Assembly (NCBI GenBank): GCA_018817405.1 | Contig: JAHITZ010000046.1 | Span: 1 to 63,653, forward strand | DNA: 63,653 nt | Reading direction: 5' to 3' | Origin: Nanobdellota archaeon | GTDB taxonomy: Archaea; Nanobdellota; Nanobdellia; Pacearchaeales; GW2011-AR1 | Shown here: piece after piece, positions 36,884 through 45,933 of the stretch | How positions within the stretch are numbered: position 1 is the first letter of the stretch | Layout: each line of letters opens with the position of its first letter | Notes under the pieces: generated by a model | The model's input: only the letters and a program-made list of their open reading frames with translations | What the model was told of the DNA's origin: nothing | Databases searched by the model: none | Made by a program: the position numbers and the translations under genes

Positions 36884-37124
36884 TATCCGCACAAAAATAA
36901 AAATTGCGGATTTATTCCCCCTTGGGTTTAATACCACGCAGCTTGCTACGAGTGAACGAAGTGAATGTGGGATAGCGAATTTCAGGAAATCTATTTATTT
37001 TTTGCAACAAATAATCAATTTCGTGCGGGAAAAATTCAACGACGAAAATTGCACGAAATTGAACCAGCAGGGTGGGTTGGGTGGGAGCAAAAAATAAATT
37101 TGGAGAGTCTATGCAGGGATACTG
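36884..37124. mobile_element. TIR-bearing non-coding repeat, family B copy 2
   Basis: Collinear with 2588-2819. Imperfect TIR TATCCGCA / TGCAGGGATA. Carries the same 12-bp hairpin and an extra TTGGGTGGG duplication. Ends just upstream of the tfe TATA box. Confidence 0.35.
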
Positions 37125-37167
37125 AACAAACCAAAAACTTTTTAACCCAACTTTCTCAATTAAATGG

Positions 37168-37986
37168 ATGCAAGAGAGACTTCTTAAAAAGATAATAACT
37201 GATTGCGCAGGTCCAGAATCAGAAAAGCTAGTAGACATCTTATATAAAAAACAAAATGTAAACGAATTTCTTATTGCAAAAAAACTAGACCTAACAATAA
37301 ATCAAACAAGAAATATGTTATACAAACTTGCCGACTCTGGCTTGGTCCAGTTCATCAGAAAAAAAGATAAGAAAAAAGGCGGATGGTACACTTACTTCTG
37401 GACTCTTAAGACTAAAAGAAGCCTATTTAAATACAAAGAAAAAATTCTAAAAGAAAGCACAAGCCTAGAAAGTCGGTTAAAAAGCCTGGAAACAGAACGC
37501 CATTTTTACTGTGAAAATTGCGACATTGAGTACAACGAAGAAAACGCGCTGCTTCAGGATTACACTTGCCCAGAATGCGGGGAAATCTTAAAGATGAAAA
37601 ATCCTGCAGAGTTTACAGGACACATAAAAAAAGAAATTAAGGGATTACAGGAAATACAATCACAAATAAATGAAGAGATAAAAAACGTAGAAGCAAAAGA
37701 GGAAAAATCAAAAGAAAGAAGACTAAAAGTTGAAAAAAAGGAGAAAGAAGAAGAAAGAAAAAAGAGAAAATTAGAAAGAGATAAAGAAAAAAAGAAAGCT
37801 GAAAAAGGCAAGAAAAAAATAAAAAAGAAATCTGTTAAAAAATTCAAAGGAAAAAAGAAAAAACAGAAAACAAAAAAAAGACCTGGTAAAAAGAAATTTC
37901 AAAAGAAAGTCCTGAAGAAAAGAGATAAGACTAAAAGTTCTCTATTCAAGGCGCTAAAACGGTTTTCTAATAAAGGAAGGAAATGA
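37168..37986 (+). CDS. tfe: transcription factor E alpha (TFIIE-alpha homolog) with Lys-rich tail
   Basis: N-terminal winged helix, zinc ribbon CENCD...CPECGE, and a long K/E-rich C-terminal extension. TATA-like box ~27 nt upstream. Confidence 0.8.
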   Translation: MQERLLKKIITDCAGPESEKLVDILYKKQNVNEFLIAKKLDLTINQTRNMLYKLADSGLVQFIRKKDKKKGGWYTYFWTLKTKRSLFKYKEKILKESTSLESRLKSLETERHFYCENCDIEYNEENALLQDYTCPECGEILKMKNPAEFTGHIKKEIKGLQEIQSQINEEIKNVEAKEEKSKERRLKVEKKEKEEERKKRKLERDKEKKKAEKGKKKIKKKSVKKFKGKKKKQKTKKRPGKKKFQKKVLKKRDKTKSSLFKALKRFSNKGRK

Positions 37987-38684
37987 ATTATTACATAAAG
38001 AAAAAAAAGAGAAAAAGCCTCATAGGCAGAATAAAATTTTCTGTGGTAGCTTGGCTGATAATCATTAACATCATTGCTTCAATAATTGGTTTTTTCTTGT
38101 TTGCTCTTTCAGAAGATTACATAAACTACATTGCACTTAAACCAGAAAACATTTTGCAGGGAAAATTTTTATGGACTCTTATCACTCACATGTTCGTCCA
38201 CGGGGGCATTGGACACCTCCTGATAAACATGTTTGTTCTCTTTTCTCTTGGAGGATTATGTGAAAAAATTATCGGCAGAAAACGCTTTTTGTGGTTTTAT
38301 ATTCTTTCAGGTTTATTTGCAGGGATTCTCTCTGTTCTTCTTGCAGGCTTTTTTGGCCTCACTGACTTAGGACAAAGAATCTTCGGCTCTCCAGACATCT
38401 TCATGGTCGGAGCTAGCGGTGCAATCTTTGCTATCGCAGGTCTCTACGTCGTCCTTCTCCCACGCCTGAAGTTTATGATAATCTTCCTACCTTTCTTTTC
38501 CCTACCAGCATACGTAATGGTTCCACTAGTCCTCTTCATTATGTGGGGCGTCTCAATCCTTTTCAATTGGCCAATCGGCAACGTCGCTCACTTCGGGGGA
38601 TTTCTAGCAGGAATTATTTATGGTTCTTACCTTCGCACAAGATACAGAAAAAAAGTCCAAAGACTGCAGGGAAGGTTTAGGTAA
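37983..38684 (+). CDS. rhomboid-family intramembrane serine protease
   Basis: HMFVHGGIGHLLINMF (HxxxN) and GASGAIFAIAG (GxSG). 6-7 TM helices. Confidence 0.85.
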   Translation: MNYYIKKKKRKSLIGRIKFSVVAWLIIINIIASIIGFFLFALSEDYINYIALKPENILQGKFLWTLITHMFVHGGIGHLLINMFVLFSLGGLCEKIIGRKRFLWFYILSGLFAGILSVLLAGFFGLTDLGQRIFGSPDIFMVGASGAIFAIAGLYVVLLPRLKFMIIFLPFFSLPAYVMVPLVLFIMWGVSILFNWPIGNVAHFGGFLAGIIYGSYLRTRYRKKVQRLQGRFR

Positions 38685-38836
38685 TAAGACCAGACAATAT
38701 AAACTACAATAGTTTTGTTACATAATTTGAAGAGATAACACAATCCTTACAATCTGTTCGGAGTTATAATTATTTTTCTTCATACAATCTTTCTTCCTAC
38801 AAATACATTTTAAAACTCCATTTCCCAAATAGTACT

Positions 38837-39427
38837 ATGAAAAATAAAAAATATCTCTCAATAAAAACCCAATTCAAAGAAGCTCTTTCCTATTTAAAAG
38901 AAACCAAGAATTACATTTACATCTCAATATTTATCTTTCTTCTTGGCTCAATCTTCGGATTCCTCTTCAGCTCCCACCTGATATTTATTGATAAATACCT
39001 AGCAGAATTAATAGCAAAAACAGCTGACCTGAACACAACAGAAATGGTTTTCTTTATCCTTCAAAACAATCTTCAAAGCTCTTTTTTCTCTATCCTCTTC
39101 GGTATTTTCCTAGGAATTTTTCCACTGCTAAGCAACATCACAAACGGAGTTGTATTGGGGTATGTATTAGCAAAAACTTATGAAATCTCAGGTTTTGTCT
39201 CTTGGTGGCGCCTCATCCCCCACGGCATCTTTGAACTGCCAGCAATCTTCATTTCATTCGGCCTCGGAGTTAAACTCGGCTTTTCCATCTTCTTCAACAA
39301 AAAAACCCGCATCAAAGAATTCAAACGCCGGTTCTACAATTCAATCAACACCTTCCTAATATTCATCATTCCCCTTCTAATCTTGGCTGCAATTATTGAA
39401 GGTCTATTGATTGGTTTTCTTATGTAA
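38837..39427 (+). CDS. SpoIIM-like (DUF95) membrane protein
   Basis: Polytopic protein with the conserved HGIFELPAIFISFGLG segment. Confidence 0.7.
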   Translation: MKNKKYLSIKTQFKEALSYLKETKNYIYISIFIFLLGSIFGFLFSSHLIFIDKYLAELIAKTADLNTTEMVFFILQNNLQSSFFSILFGIFLGIFPLLSNITNGVVLGYVLAKTYEISGFVSWWRLIPHGIFELPAIFISFGLGVKLGFSIFFNKKTRIKEFKRRFYNSINTFLIFIIPLLILAAIIEGLLIGFLM

Positions 39428-39485
39428 TCAAAAGCTATTTATACCTTTACTAATGACATAAATCATAGTTTACAAACTAAGACTC

Positions 39486-39824
39486 ATGTCCTGTTCGTGG
39501 GGGACAAAGGAAGGAGATGATACTTTTTTGGTGAAGACGTATTCTAAAAGAAAATCTGACACGCTTGATGATTTTGTTGTTGATTTTTTTGAAAAATTAA
39601 GGGCAAGATTTACAGTGTATGATCCAGACGGAGACGAAACAGTCTATTACGCAGTTTGTAATAGAACAAACTATAAGCAACATTTTTCCTGGGGATTTAA
39701 TTTGGTCTTAACAGAAGATTCCAAGGGACAAGTAGAACCTTACAAATTTCCCCACAGGGTCAAACAATTAACAAAGTTAAATCGGTGGGGTATTGCCATA
39801 GAAACAGCAATTTTAGTTTCATAA
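39486..39824 (+). CDS. hypothetical protein
   Basis: 112-aa ORF, no motif recognised. Confidence 0.4.
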   Translation: MSCSWGTKEGDDTFLVKTYSKRKSDTLDDFVVDFFEKLRARFTVYDPDGDETVYYAVCNRTNYKQHFSWGFNLVLTEDSKGQVEPYKFPHRVKQLTKLNRWGIAIETAILVS

Positions 39825-39872
39825 TCTTGCTGCCACAACAAAACTTTAAAACTCCCCTCCCCACTTATTCTT

Positions 39873-40406
39873 ATGTCTTTAGACCATATAACTAAAAAAA
39901 GCGTGGAAGAACTTGACTCTGAGATTGAACTTCAAAATACCAAAAAAATAGAGGCAGCTCTCTTCCTCTCAGGAAGACCTATGTCTCTCCAAGAACTAAT
40001 CACTCTGACAGATGTCAACCCTATTCTCCTGAAAAAAACCCTCTCTGACTTAGAAGATAAATACAAAAATTCAGGAATAAACATCATCAAGCAGGAAAAT
40101 ACCTGGAAAATGGACGTTGCCGAAGATTTTGTTGAAATGGTAAACAAACTTGCCACTGGCTCCAGCGAATTCACAAAAGCAGAACAAGAAACCCTTGCAA
40201 TCATCGCTTACAAACAGCCAATCAAGCAGTCTGTCATTGTTAAAATCCGTGGAAACAAAGCATACGACCACATAAAAAATTTCGTTAACCTTAGTTTGGT
40301 AAACAAAAAAAAGACAGGCCATACTGCTGAACTCTCCCTGACAGAAAAATTTTACGACTATTTCCACGTAACTAAAGGGAACTCCTTCCAAAGTTCAGAG
40401 GTGTAA
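39873..40406 (+). CDS. scpB: segregation and condensation protein B
   Basis: IEAALFLSGRPMSLQEL... and a second wHTH (TKAEQETLAIIAYKQPIKQSVIVKIRG). Confidence 0.8.
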   Translation: MSLDHITKKSVEELDSEIELQNTKKIEAALFLSGRPMSLQELITLTDVNPILLKKTLSDLEDKYKNSGINIIKQENTWKMDVAEDFVEMVNKLATGSSEFTKAEQETLAIIAYKQPIKQSVIVKIRGNKAYDHIKNFVNLSLVNKKKTGHTAELSLTEKFYDYFHVTKGNSFQSSEV

Positions 40407-40407
40407 G

Positions 40408-41646
40408 ATGCCTGACTTCATAACAATAGTCTATCTAACATTTATGTTTGTTGCGTTATATTTCTTTTCTTTCTTTATTATCTTAACTATAAAAAACAAT
40501 GAAAAATTGTTTAGCTACCCGAAACCTGAAAAAAAATTTTCGATTAGCGTTTTAACTCCTGCTCACAACGAGGAAGAAAGTATCCAAGATACGGTAGAGC
40601 ACATTATGGCTTTGGAATATCCAAAGAACAAGATGGAAGTTATAGTTTTAAACGATGGAAGCACAGACAATACCTCAAAGATAGTTAGAAAACTAATGAA
40701 AAGGTACAAGAACCTAAAACTAATTGATAATGAAAAAAATCTCGGCAAGGCAAGGTCTTTAAACATTGGAATCAAAAAAGCAAAAGGAGAATTAATAGCA
40801 GTCGTGGACTCTGACAGTTTCCCTAGCAAAAGTTCTTTAAAGAAACTAAGTGGTTTCTTTTCTAACCAAAACATGGGGGCGGTTACTTCTTTTGTTAGGG
40901 TAAGGAACAAGGAAAAAAATAGACTGGCAAAGATTCAGTCAATAGAATACTTAATAATGGGATGGAGCAGAAAACTCTTGGATTTTATTGATTCAGTTTA
41001 TGTTACTAATGGTCCTTTAAGTTTGTATAGAAAAAAATATATTTTGGAAGTCGGAGGTTTTGACCCAGCCACAGTTACAGAAGATATAGATATTACCTGG
41101 AATATGTTATATCACGGTTATAAAACAGGAATGTGTCTTGATGCTGATGTCTCAACAGTTGCCCCAAATAATTATAAAGTGTGGTTTAAGCAAAGAATGA
41201 GATGGGGGATGGGTGGACTACAAGCAATCTCAAAATACAGAAAGATGTTTTTCAGAAAAGGAATGTTCGGAGCATTCATTTTACCATTTGTCTCATTCAG
41301 TATAATCATGAGCTTGCTAACATTCATATTTTCCATCTACCTAGTATTCAAATTCTTAGCTGTGAGATTCTTAACAGTAGGATACTCAATAACAACAGAT
41401 TCTGCGATATTCAAACTTCAAGAAATTAATTTATACCCCTCTGTGATTATATTTTTCTTTGATGTTCTTTTTACGCTTTCAACAATATACTCGTGGTACG
41501 TCCTAAACAAAACAAAATATGAGCAGAACATAACTACTAAAAAATTCTTTAACATACTTTTTTATACTATTGTTTATCTATCAGTTTACCCCATAGTATG
41601 GTTTGCATCAATCTATAAATTTGCAAGGAAGGATTTAACTTGGTGA
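40408..41646 (+). CDS. membrane glycosyltransferase family 2 (processive, NodC/chitin-cellulose synthase-like)
   Basis: ISVLTPAHNEE, NDGSTD, VDSDS, TEDIDITW and QRMRWGMG (QxxRW). N- and C-terminal TM helices. Confidence 0.85.
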   Translation: MPDFITIVYLTFMFVALYFFSFFIILTIKNNEKLFSYPKPEKKFSISVLTPAHNEEESIQDTVEHIMALEYPKNKMEVIVLNDGSTDNTSKIVRKLMKRYKNLKLIDNEKNLGKARSLNIGIKKAKGELIAVVDSDSFPSKSSLKKLSGFFSNQNMGAVTSFVRVRNKEKNRLAKIQSIEYLIMGWSRKLLDFIDSVYVTNGPLSLYRKKYILEVGGFDPATVTEDIDITWNMLYHGYKTGMCLDADVSTVAPNNYKVWFKQRMRWGMGGLQAISKYRKMFFRKGMFGAFILPFVSFSIIMSLLTFIFSIYLVFKFLAVRFLTVGYSITTDSAIFKLQEINLYPSVIIFFFDVLFTLSTIYSWYVLNKTKYEQNITTKKFFNILFYTIVYLSVYPIVWFASIYKFARKDLTW

Positions 41647-41648
41647 AA

Positions 41649-42347
41649 ATGTTAAGTAACAAACACGTTTTTTGGGAGGCATTAATCATAGCAATGGTTA
41701 TATTCTGGACAGGCATATTCTTAGGAGTTTTATTTGAAAGTTCTAGAGCAAACAAAATAGAAGAACTATATTTTCAAGCAGAGACAGATATCTTTGATAT
41801 CCAATTAGAGGGAGAACTCCTTAGCATGTTTGAATCTAGTTGTGAACAAGCATTGAAAGAAAATATAGACTACGCTGACAGAATTTACCTTGAAGCAAGA
41901 AAATTAGGAAAATACGATGCCGCCACAAGAATAACAGAAGATATTGTAAGACTTCACAAACGATACGACTTACTCAGAGTTATGCTCTGGAAAAACATGA
42001 TTCAACTCCAACAAAAATGCCCAAGTAAAACTAATGTAATAGTCTATCTTTACCAATATGACAACCCCAGCACAAACAAACAAGCAAGACAAATAACATT
42101 CAGCAAGGTCTTATCAGACTTAAAAGAAAAACATGGAGACAGTATAGTTCTGATTCCAATAGCTTATGACACGAATGTAAAATCCCTTAACATATTAAAA
42201 GAAAGATATGAGTTAAATACAACCCCGATGATTATAATAAATCAGAAACAAAAGATAACAGAACTTCAGTCTGTAGAAGACCTAGAAAAAATCATGTTTG
42301 AAAACTCAGAAGACAATAAAACACAAAATACCTTGTTCTTAAACTAA
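41649..42347 (+). CDS. hypothetical membrane-anchored protein
   Basis: ATG 41649 lies 2 nt after the GT2 stop. One TM helix. Confidence 0.5.
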   Translation: MLSNKHVFWEALIIAMVIFWTGIFLGVLFESSRANKIEELYFQAETDIFDIQLEGELLSMFESSCEQALKENIDYADRIYLEARKLGKYDAATRITEDIVRLHKRYDLLRVMLWKNMIQLQQKCPSKTNVIVYLYQYDNPSTNKQARQITFSKVLSDLKEKHGDSIVLIPIAYDTNVKSLNILKERYELNTTPMIIINQKQKITELQSVEDLEKIMFENSEDNKTQNTLFLN

Positions 42348-42427
42348 TAAGATCATCCTCAACGCTTAGAAGGTCATATATATTAAATGCCAACAAACAA
42401 TAAAAACCCTTGATTTCTTTCTCTGCA

Positions 42428-43024
42428 ATGGACCCTTACTCTGAAAACCTGGTAGAAGCAATTGAAGAAGGAAGAATTGTAAAAGTCCCAGAAAGTTATG
42501 CAAGAAGAGAAGGCCTTGTAATTTTAAAAAAACCAGAAATTCCTCTAAACAACCCAGGCACAACCCCTTCTTTTTATTCTCACACTGAAAAAAAAGAACC
42601 AAAAAGACCTTTTACAGACTACATATCAAAAAAACCTGACTGGAGAGAACAGCAGGTTATTTCAGAACTTCTTGACAACTTCCACTGGCACATTCGCCTT
42701 CAACGGAAAAGAATGGGTCTTACAAGAAAGCAATTTGCCAAACAAATAAACGAGCCCGAAGAAAAAATCAAAATCCTTGAAACAGGCCGTCTCCCTACAA
42801 AAGACTTCATCCTAATCAACAAAATCCAAAAAGCCCTCGACATCAACCTAAGAAAAGATGGCAAAGAGTTCGACCTTTCAACTCAAGAGATCATGGAAAA
42901 AGCTCAGGAAGTAGAAATGGAAAGAATCCAACAACGAAGAAAAACTCGTTCAACAGAAAAAGCCGAAGAGGATTATAATGAAATATCGGGTTCTGGGATT
43001 GAAATTCTTGAGGATGAGATTTAA
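42428..43024 (+). CDS. HTH (XRE/MBF1-type) domain protein
   Basis: RLQRKRMGLTRKQFAKQINEPEEKIKILETGRLP...KIQKALDINL matches the MBF1-like HTH_3 pattern. No N-terminal Zn ribbon. Confidence 0.6.
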   Translation: MDPYSENLVEAIEEGRIVKVPESYARREGLVILKKPEIPLNNPGTTPSFYSHTEKKEPKRPFTDYISKKPDWREQQVISELLDNFHWHIRLQRKRMGLTRKQFAKQINEPEEKIKILETGRLPTKDFILINKIQKALDINLRKDGKEFDLSTQEIMEKAQEVEMERIQQRRKTRSTEKAEEDYNEISGSGIEILEDEI

Positions 43025-43054
43025 CCAAGATGACTCATTCCTTCCTGAGCCTTC

Positions 43055-45754
43055 TTAACCATTAACCCTCAATTTCGGATAATCTCCATCTTCCTGTTCC
43101 CATACAGCAAAAAAATCCCAATCAACATATGTATTATTGGGCCTAGGCACTGTCGTCATCTCTTCAGTAGTTCTACCGTCACCACCGCCCGCGCTTTCTG
43201 ATTGCCCAGAAGTTTGAGTATCCCAGTACGACAAGTTCATTATAATCCTTGCTGGTTCCTCTACAAATCCAATTATCCCACCGCTTGTAGCACCATTTAC
43301 AAAAATATTAGAATAGACATAGTTAATTAAAATGTCCCCAGTTTGTTCGTCTCCTTCCCTGATCATTCCAACCAACCCTCCGGCAAAGGAGCATTCTACC
43401 AAACCATCTTTTACATATAATGCTTTAATTGTTAAATTCTCATCCCCCAATAAATCTGAAAACAACCCACCACAGGTGGTTTGCGATTTAAGAGTAACGT
43501 TTTCTATTCCAAATCCTGCGAAGTAAGTGCTTTCTGGAGTTGGATAAGGTGGAGGTGGATGATCTCGTTTCAAGGTAAATAAACTTGCAATAGAGTCATT
43601 TGTTTCATAATTTAAGTTTTTTATCATGTGCCCTCTGCCCTGATAAGTGGTCCCATAATATAAGGGTATTGGTTCAAAATAGTCTTTGTATTCATACGAC
43701 CCAAAATCAATATCACACTCTTGATATATTTTATATGATGGTGTCTGGTTTTGTAAATATTTACGATCAATATAGTGAAGGGGAAGCAAATCTAATTCTT
43801 CTGCTGTACAAATATGAATAATACAATCGTCTGGACACAAAGTAAAATTTTCCCCCCTATCACAGATTCCGTTTCCGCATCCTTCTAAGTAAAGGTAACC
43901 ATAATCTACGAATTCTTGTCCAAGGGTGTTGACCGCGCGCAAACGTATGACTCTTTTCTTACTATTGCTAAAATTAAATCCACCCTCAATTATTCCAGTA
44001 TTTGGGTTGTATTGTGAGTCTATTACATGCCATTCGTCTAACTCGGTAATAGCTACGGTCGGATGAAGAAGTGACTGAGAAAGGTCGTAGTACTCCAAAT
44101 TTTCATTATTTATTTTTCCTCGAATAATTATTTGTTCGCTCCCGAACTCTTTTTCAATAGGTTCAAGATAAACAAAAATCGGCTTATCAGAAAAAACTGC
44201 TTGTATTGAATCTATAATTCCTGCTCCTTGATAATTAACTAGGGGTTTTTGGTTAACTAGTAAATGACTTGTACTCTTGATGGCGGATTTTATTTCTTCA
44301 GGAGTTAAAAAAGGATTCTTTTGAAGCATAAGTGCTACAAGCCCAGAAACATGCGGAGTTGCCATGCTTGTCCCGCTACCCAAAGCATGAGATTCATCAA
44401 TGCAAGATCCTCCCCCCTGATACAAAAACGCGCGAGCCGCACAAATTTCAACTCCTGGCGCAACAACATCTGGCTTATTCAAAACAAAATCTTTTTCTGT
44501 ATTTTCCCATCGGACAGGCCCCTTTGAACTCGACGGAACATACTCTAAGTTTTTATCAACCGAACCGACTGTAATTGCTTTTCTTGCTGTTGCAGGGGTG
44601 CCTATCGATTCTTCTCCTCCACCAAAAGCACCATCATTTCCTGAAGCAACAACCACTGTTACTCCCAATGACACAGCATTGTCAACTGCTTGTGAAAAGA
44701 TATCATCTGGTCCGCATTCTGAGGTATATGGCCAGCATCCAAAACCCACACTCATGCTAAGAATATCTACCCTATCGCTAAAATTCCCATCACCATTTGG
44801 GTCAACACTTGCTTCTATAGCCTGAAGAATATTATCTCCTACTGCAGTCAGGTTAATATCTCCACTACCGATGACCTTATATGCGACAATACTTGCACCA
44901 TGTGCAACCCCTTTCAAAACACCATCCCCAGCAGCAATTGAAGCTACGTGTGTTCCATGCCCAATTTCATCCATGGGATCATAGTCGTCATCTCCAAAAT
45001 CATAACCGCTAATTACTTTTTCGCATTCTCCATTAAGAAATTGTTGTGTAGTGCAGCTACCTAAATCAGCATGAGTATAATCAACACCACTATCAATAAT
45101 GCCAATAGTAACCCCTTTTCCTGTCAAACATTCTCTCGGAGTAGGTTCAGTTGTTGGTTCAGGAGATATTTCACTTATCGGATTACCTGTTATATGGGCG
45201 GGCAGGCCTGGCTCACAAGGTCTTCCATTTCTATCAAGTTCCCAAACATCATCTGCATTTATTAAAGGAACAGAATCTCTTAATAAAAAATCAAAACGCC
45301 AATTTGGCGTTATCGTTTCTACCTCTTCTAAAGATTGAAGTTGATTTAACTGTTCTTGTGTAAAATCGCCGCTAACAGAAATTGCATTCAATACATTCTT
45401 AAATTTGGCCCTTATTCTTCCGTTTGGGACAATTTGCCGAAGTTCCCTCTCAAAAGAAAGTTGTTGATTTTGTATTTTTTCTCGATGTTGCGTGAGCAAC
45501 ATCGTTGTACTCTCATCGCTTTTATCAATTTCGACTTTTTTCTCTAAAACGCCAGGTTCTTTCAACATGACAATCCAACCAACCGAGTTATGATTTCCAA
45601 AAGGAGCATTTTCTACAGCACCGTTCTCTACTCCACTCTTTTTTAGATTAGTTTCATCTGGAGACTCTCTCACAACCTCACCAAACAGATAAAAATAACC
45701 AAACGCTGATACAACAATAACCCCAATAATCAAATAAATCACAACTTTTTTCAT
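43055..45754 (-). CDS. secreted subtilisin-like (S8) serine protease, 899 aa
   Basis: Catalytic triad motifs IIDSGVDYTHADL, HGTHVASIAAG and GTSMATPHVSGLVAL. N-terminal signal anchor. Confidence 0.9.
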   Translation of the reverse strand: MKKVVIYLIIGVIVVSAFGYFYLFGEVVRESPDETNLKKSGVENGAVENAPFGNHNSVGWIVMLKEPGVLEKKVEIDKSDESTTMLLTQHREKIQNQQLSFERELRQIVPNGRIRAKFKNVLNAISVSGDFTQEQLNQLQSLEEVETITPNWRFDFLLRDSVPLINADDVWELDRNGRPCEPGLPAHITGNPISEISPEPTTEPTPRECLTGKGVTIGIIDSGVDYTHADLGSCTTQQFLNGECEKVISGYDFGDDDYDPMDEIGHGTHVASIAAGDGVLKGVAHGASIVAYKVIGSGDINLTAVGDNILQAIEASVDPNGDGNFSDRVDILSMSVGFGCWPYTSECGPDDIFSQAVDNAVSLGVTVVVASGNDGAFGGGEESIGTPATARKAITVGSVDKNLEYVPSSSKGPVRWENTEKDFVLNKPDVVAPGVEICAARAFLYQGGGSCIDESHALGSGTSMATPHVSGLVALMLQKNPFLTPEEIKSAIKSTSHLLVNQKPLVNYQGAGIIDSIQAVFSDKPIFVYLEPIEKEFGSEQIIIRGKINNENLEYYDLSQSLLHPTVAITELDEWHVIDSQYNPNTGIIEGGFNFSNSKKRVIRLRAVNTLGQEFVDYGYLYLEGCGNGICDRGENFTLCPDDCIIHICTAEELDLLPLHYIDRKYLQNQTPSYKIYQECDIDFGSYEYKDYFEPIPLYYGTTYQGRGHMIKNLNYETNDSIASLFTLKRDHPPPPYPTPESTYFAGFGIENVTLKSQTTCGGLFSDLLGDENLTIKALYVKDGLVECSFAGGLVGMIREGDEQTGDILINYVYSNIFVNGATSGGIIGFVEEPARIIMNLSYWDTQTSGQSESAGGGDGRTTEEMTTVPRPNNTYVDWDFFAVWEQEDGDYPKLRVNG

Positions 45755-45933
45755 TTCCCTATCAACAAATTAAAGATTAAATAATCTTCTAACCTAAATG
45801 ACTTCTCCAACCCCCCAGATGACTCCTTCCACCCCCCCACCCCAAACTCCTTTCCCTTCCCCAACACCCAATCTACCCTAAATAACCCCTTCCCCTTTAA
45901 CCCAAATGACTCACACCCTTCTCCCAGAACCCC
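45755..45933. repeat. G-rich (minus-strand sense) degenerate repeat region
   Basis: Several copies of GAGTCAT(C/T)TGGG-like units and many G3-G7 runs on the minus strand, between the lig stop and the protease promoter. Confidence 0.5.
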
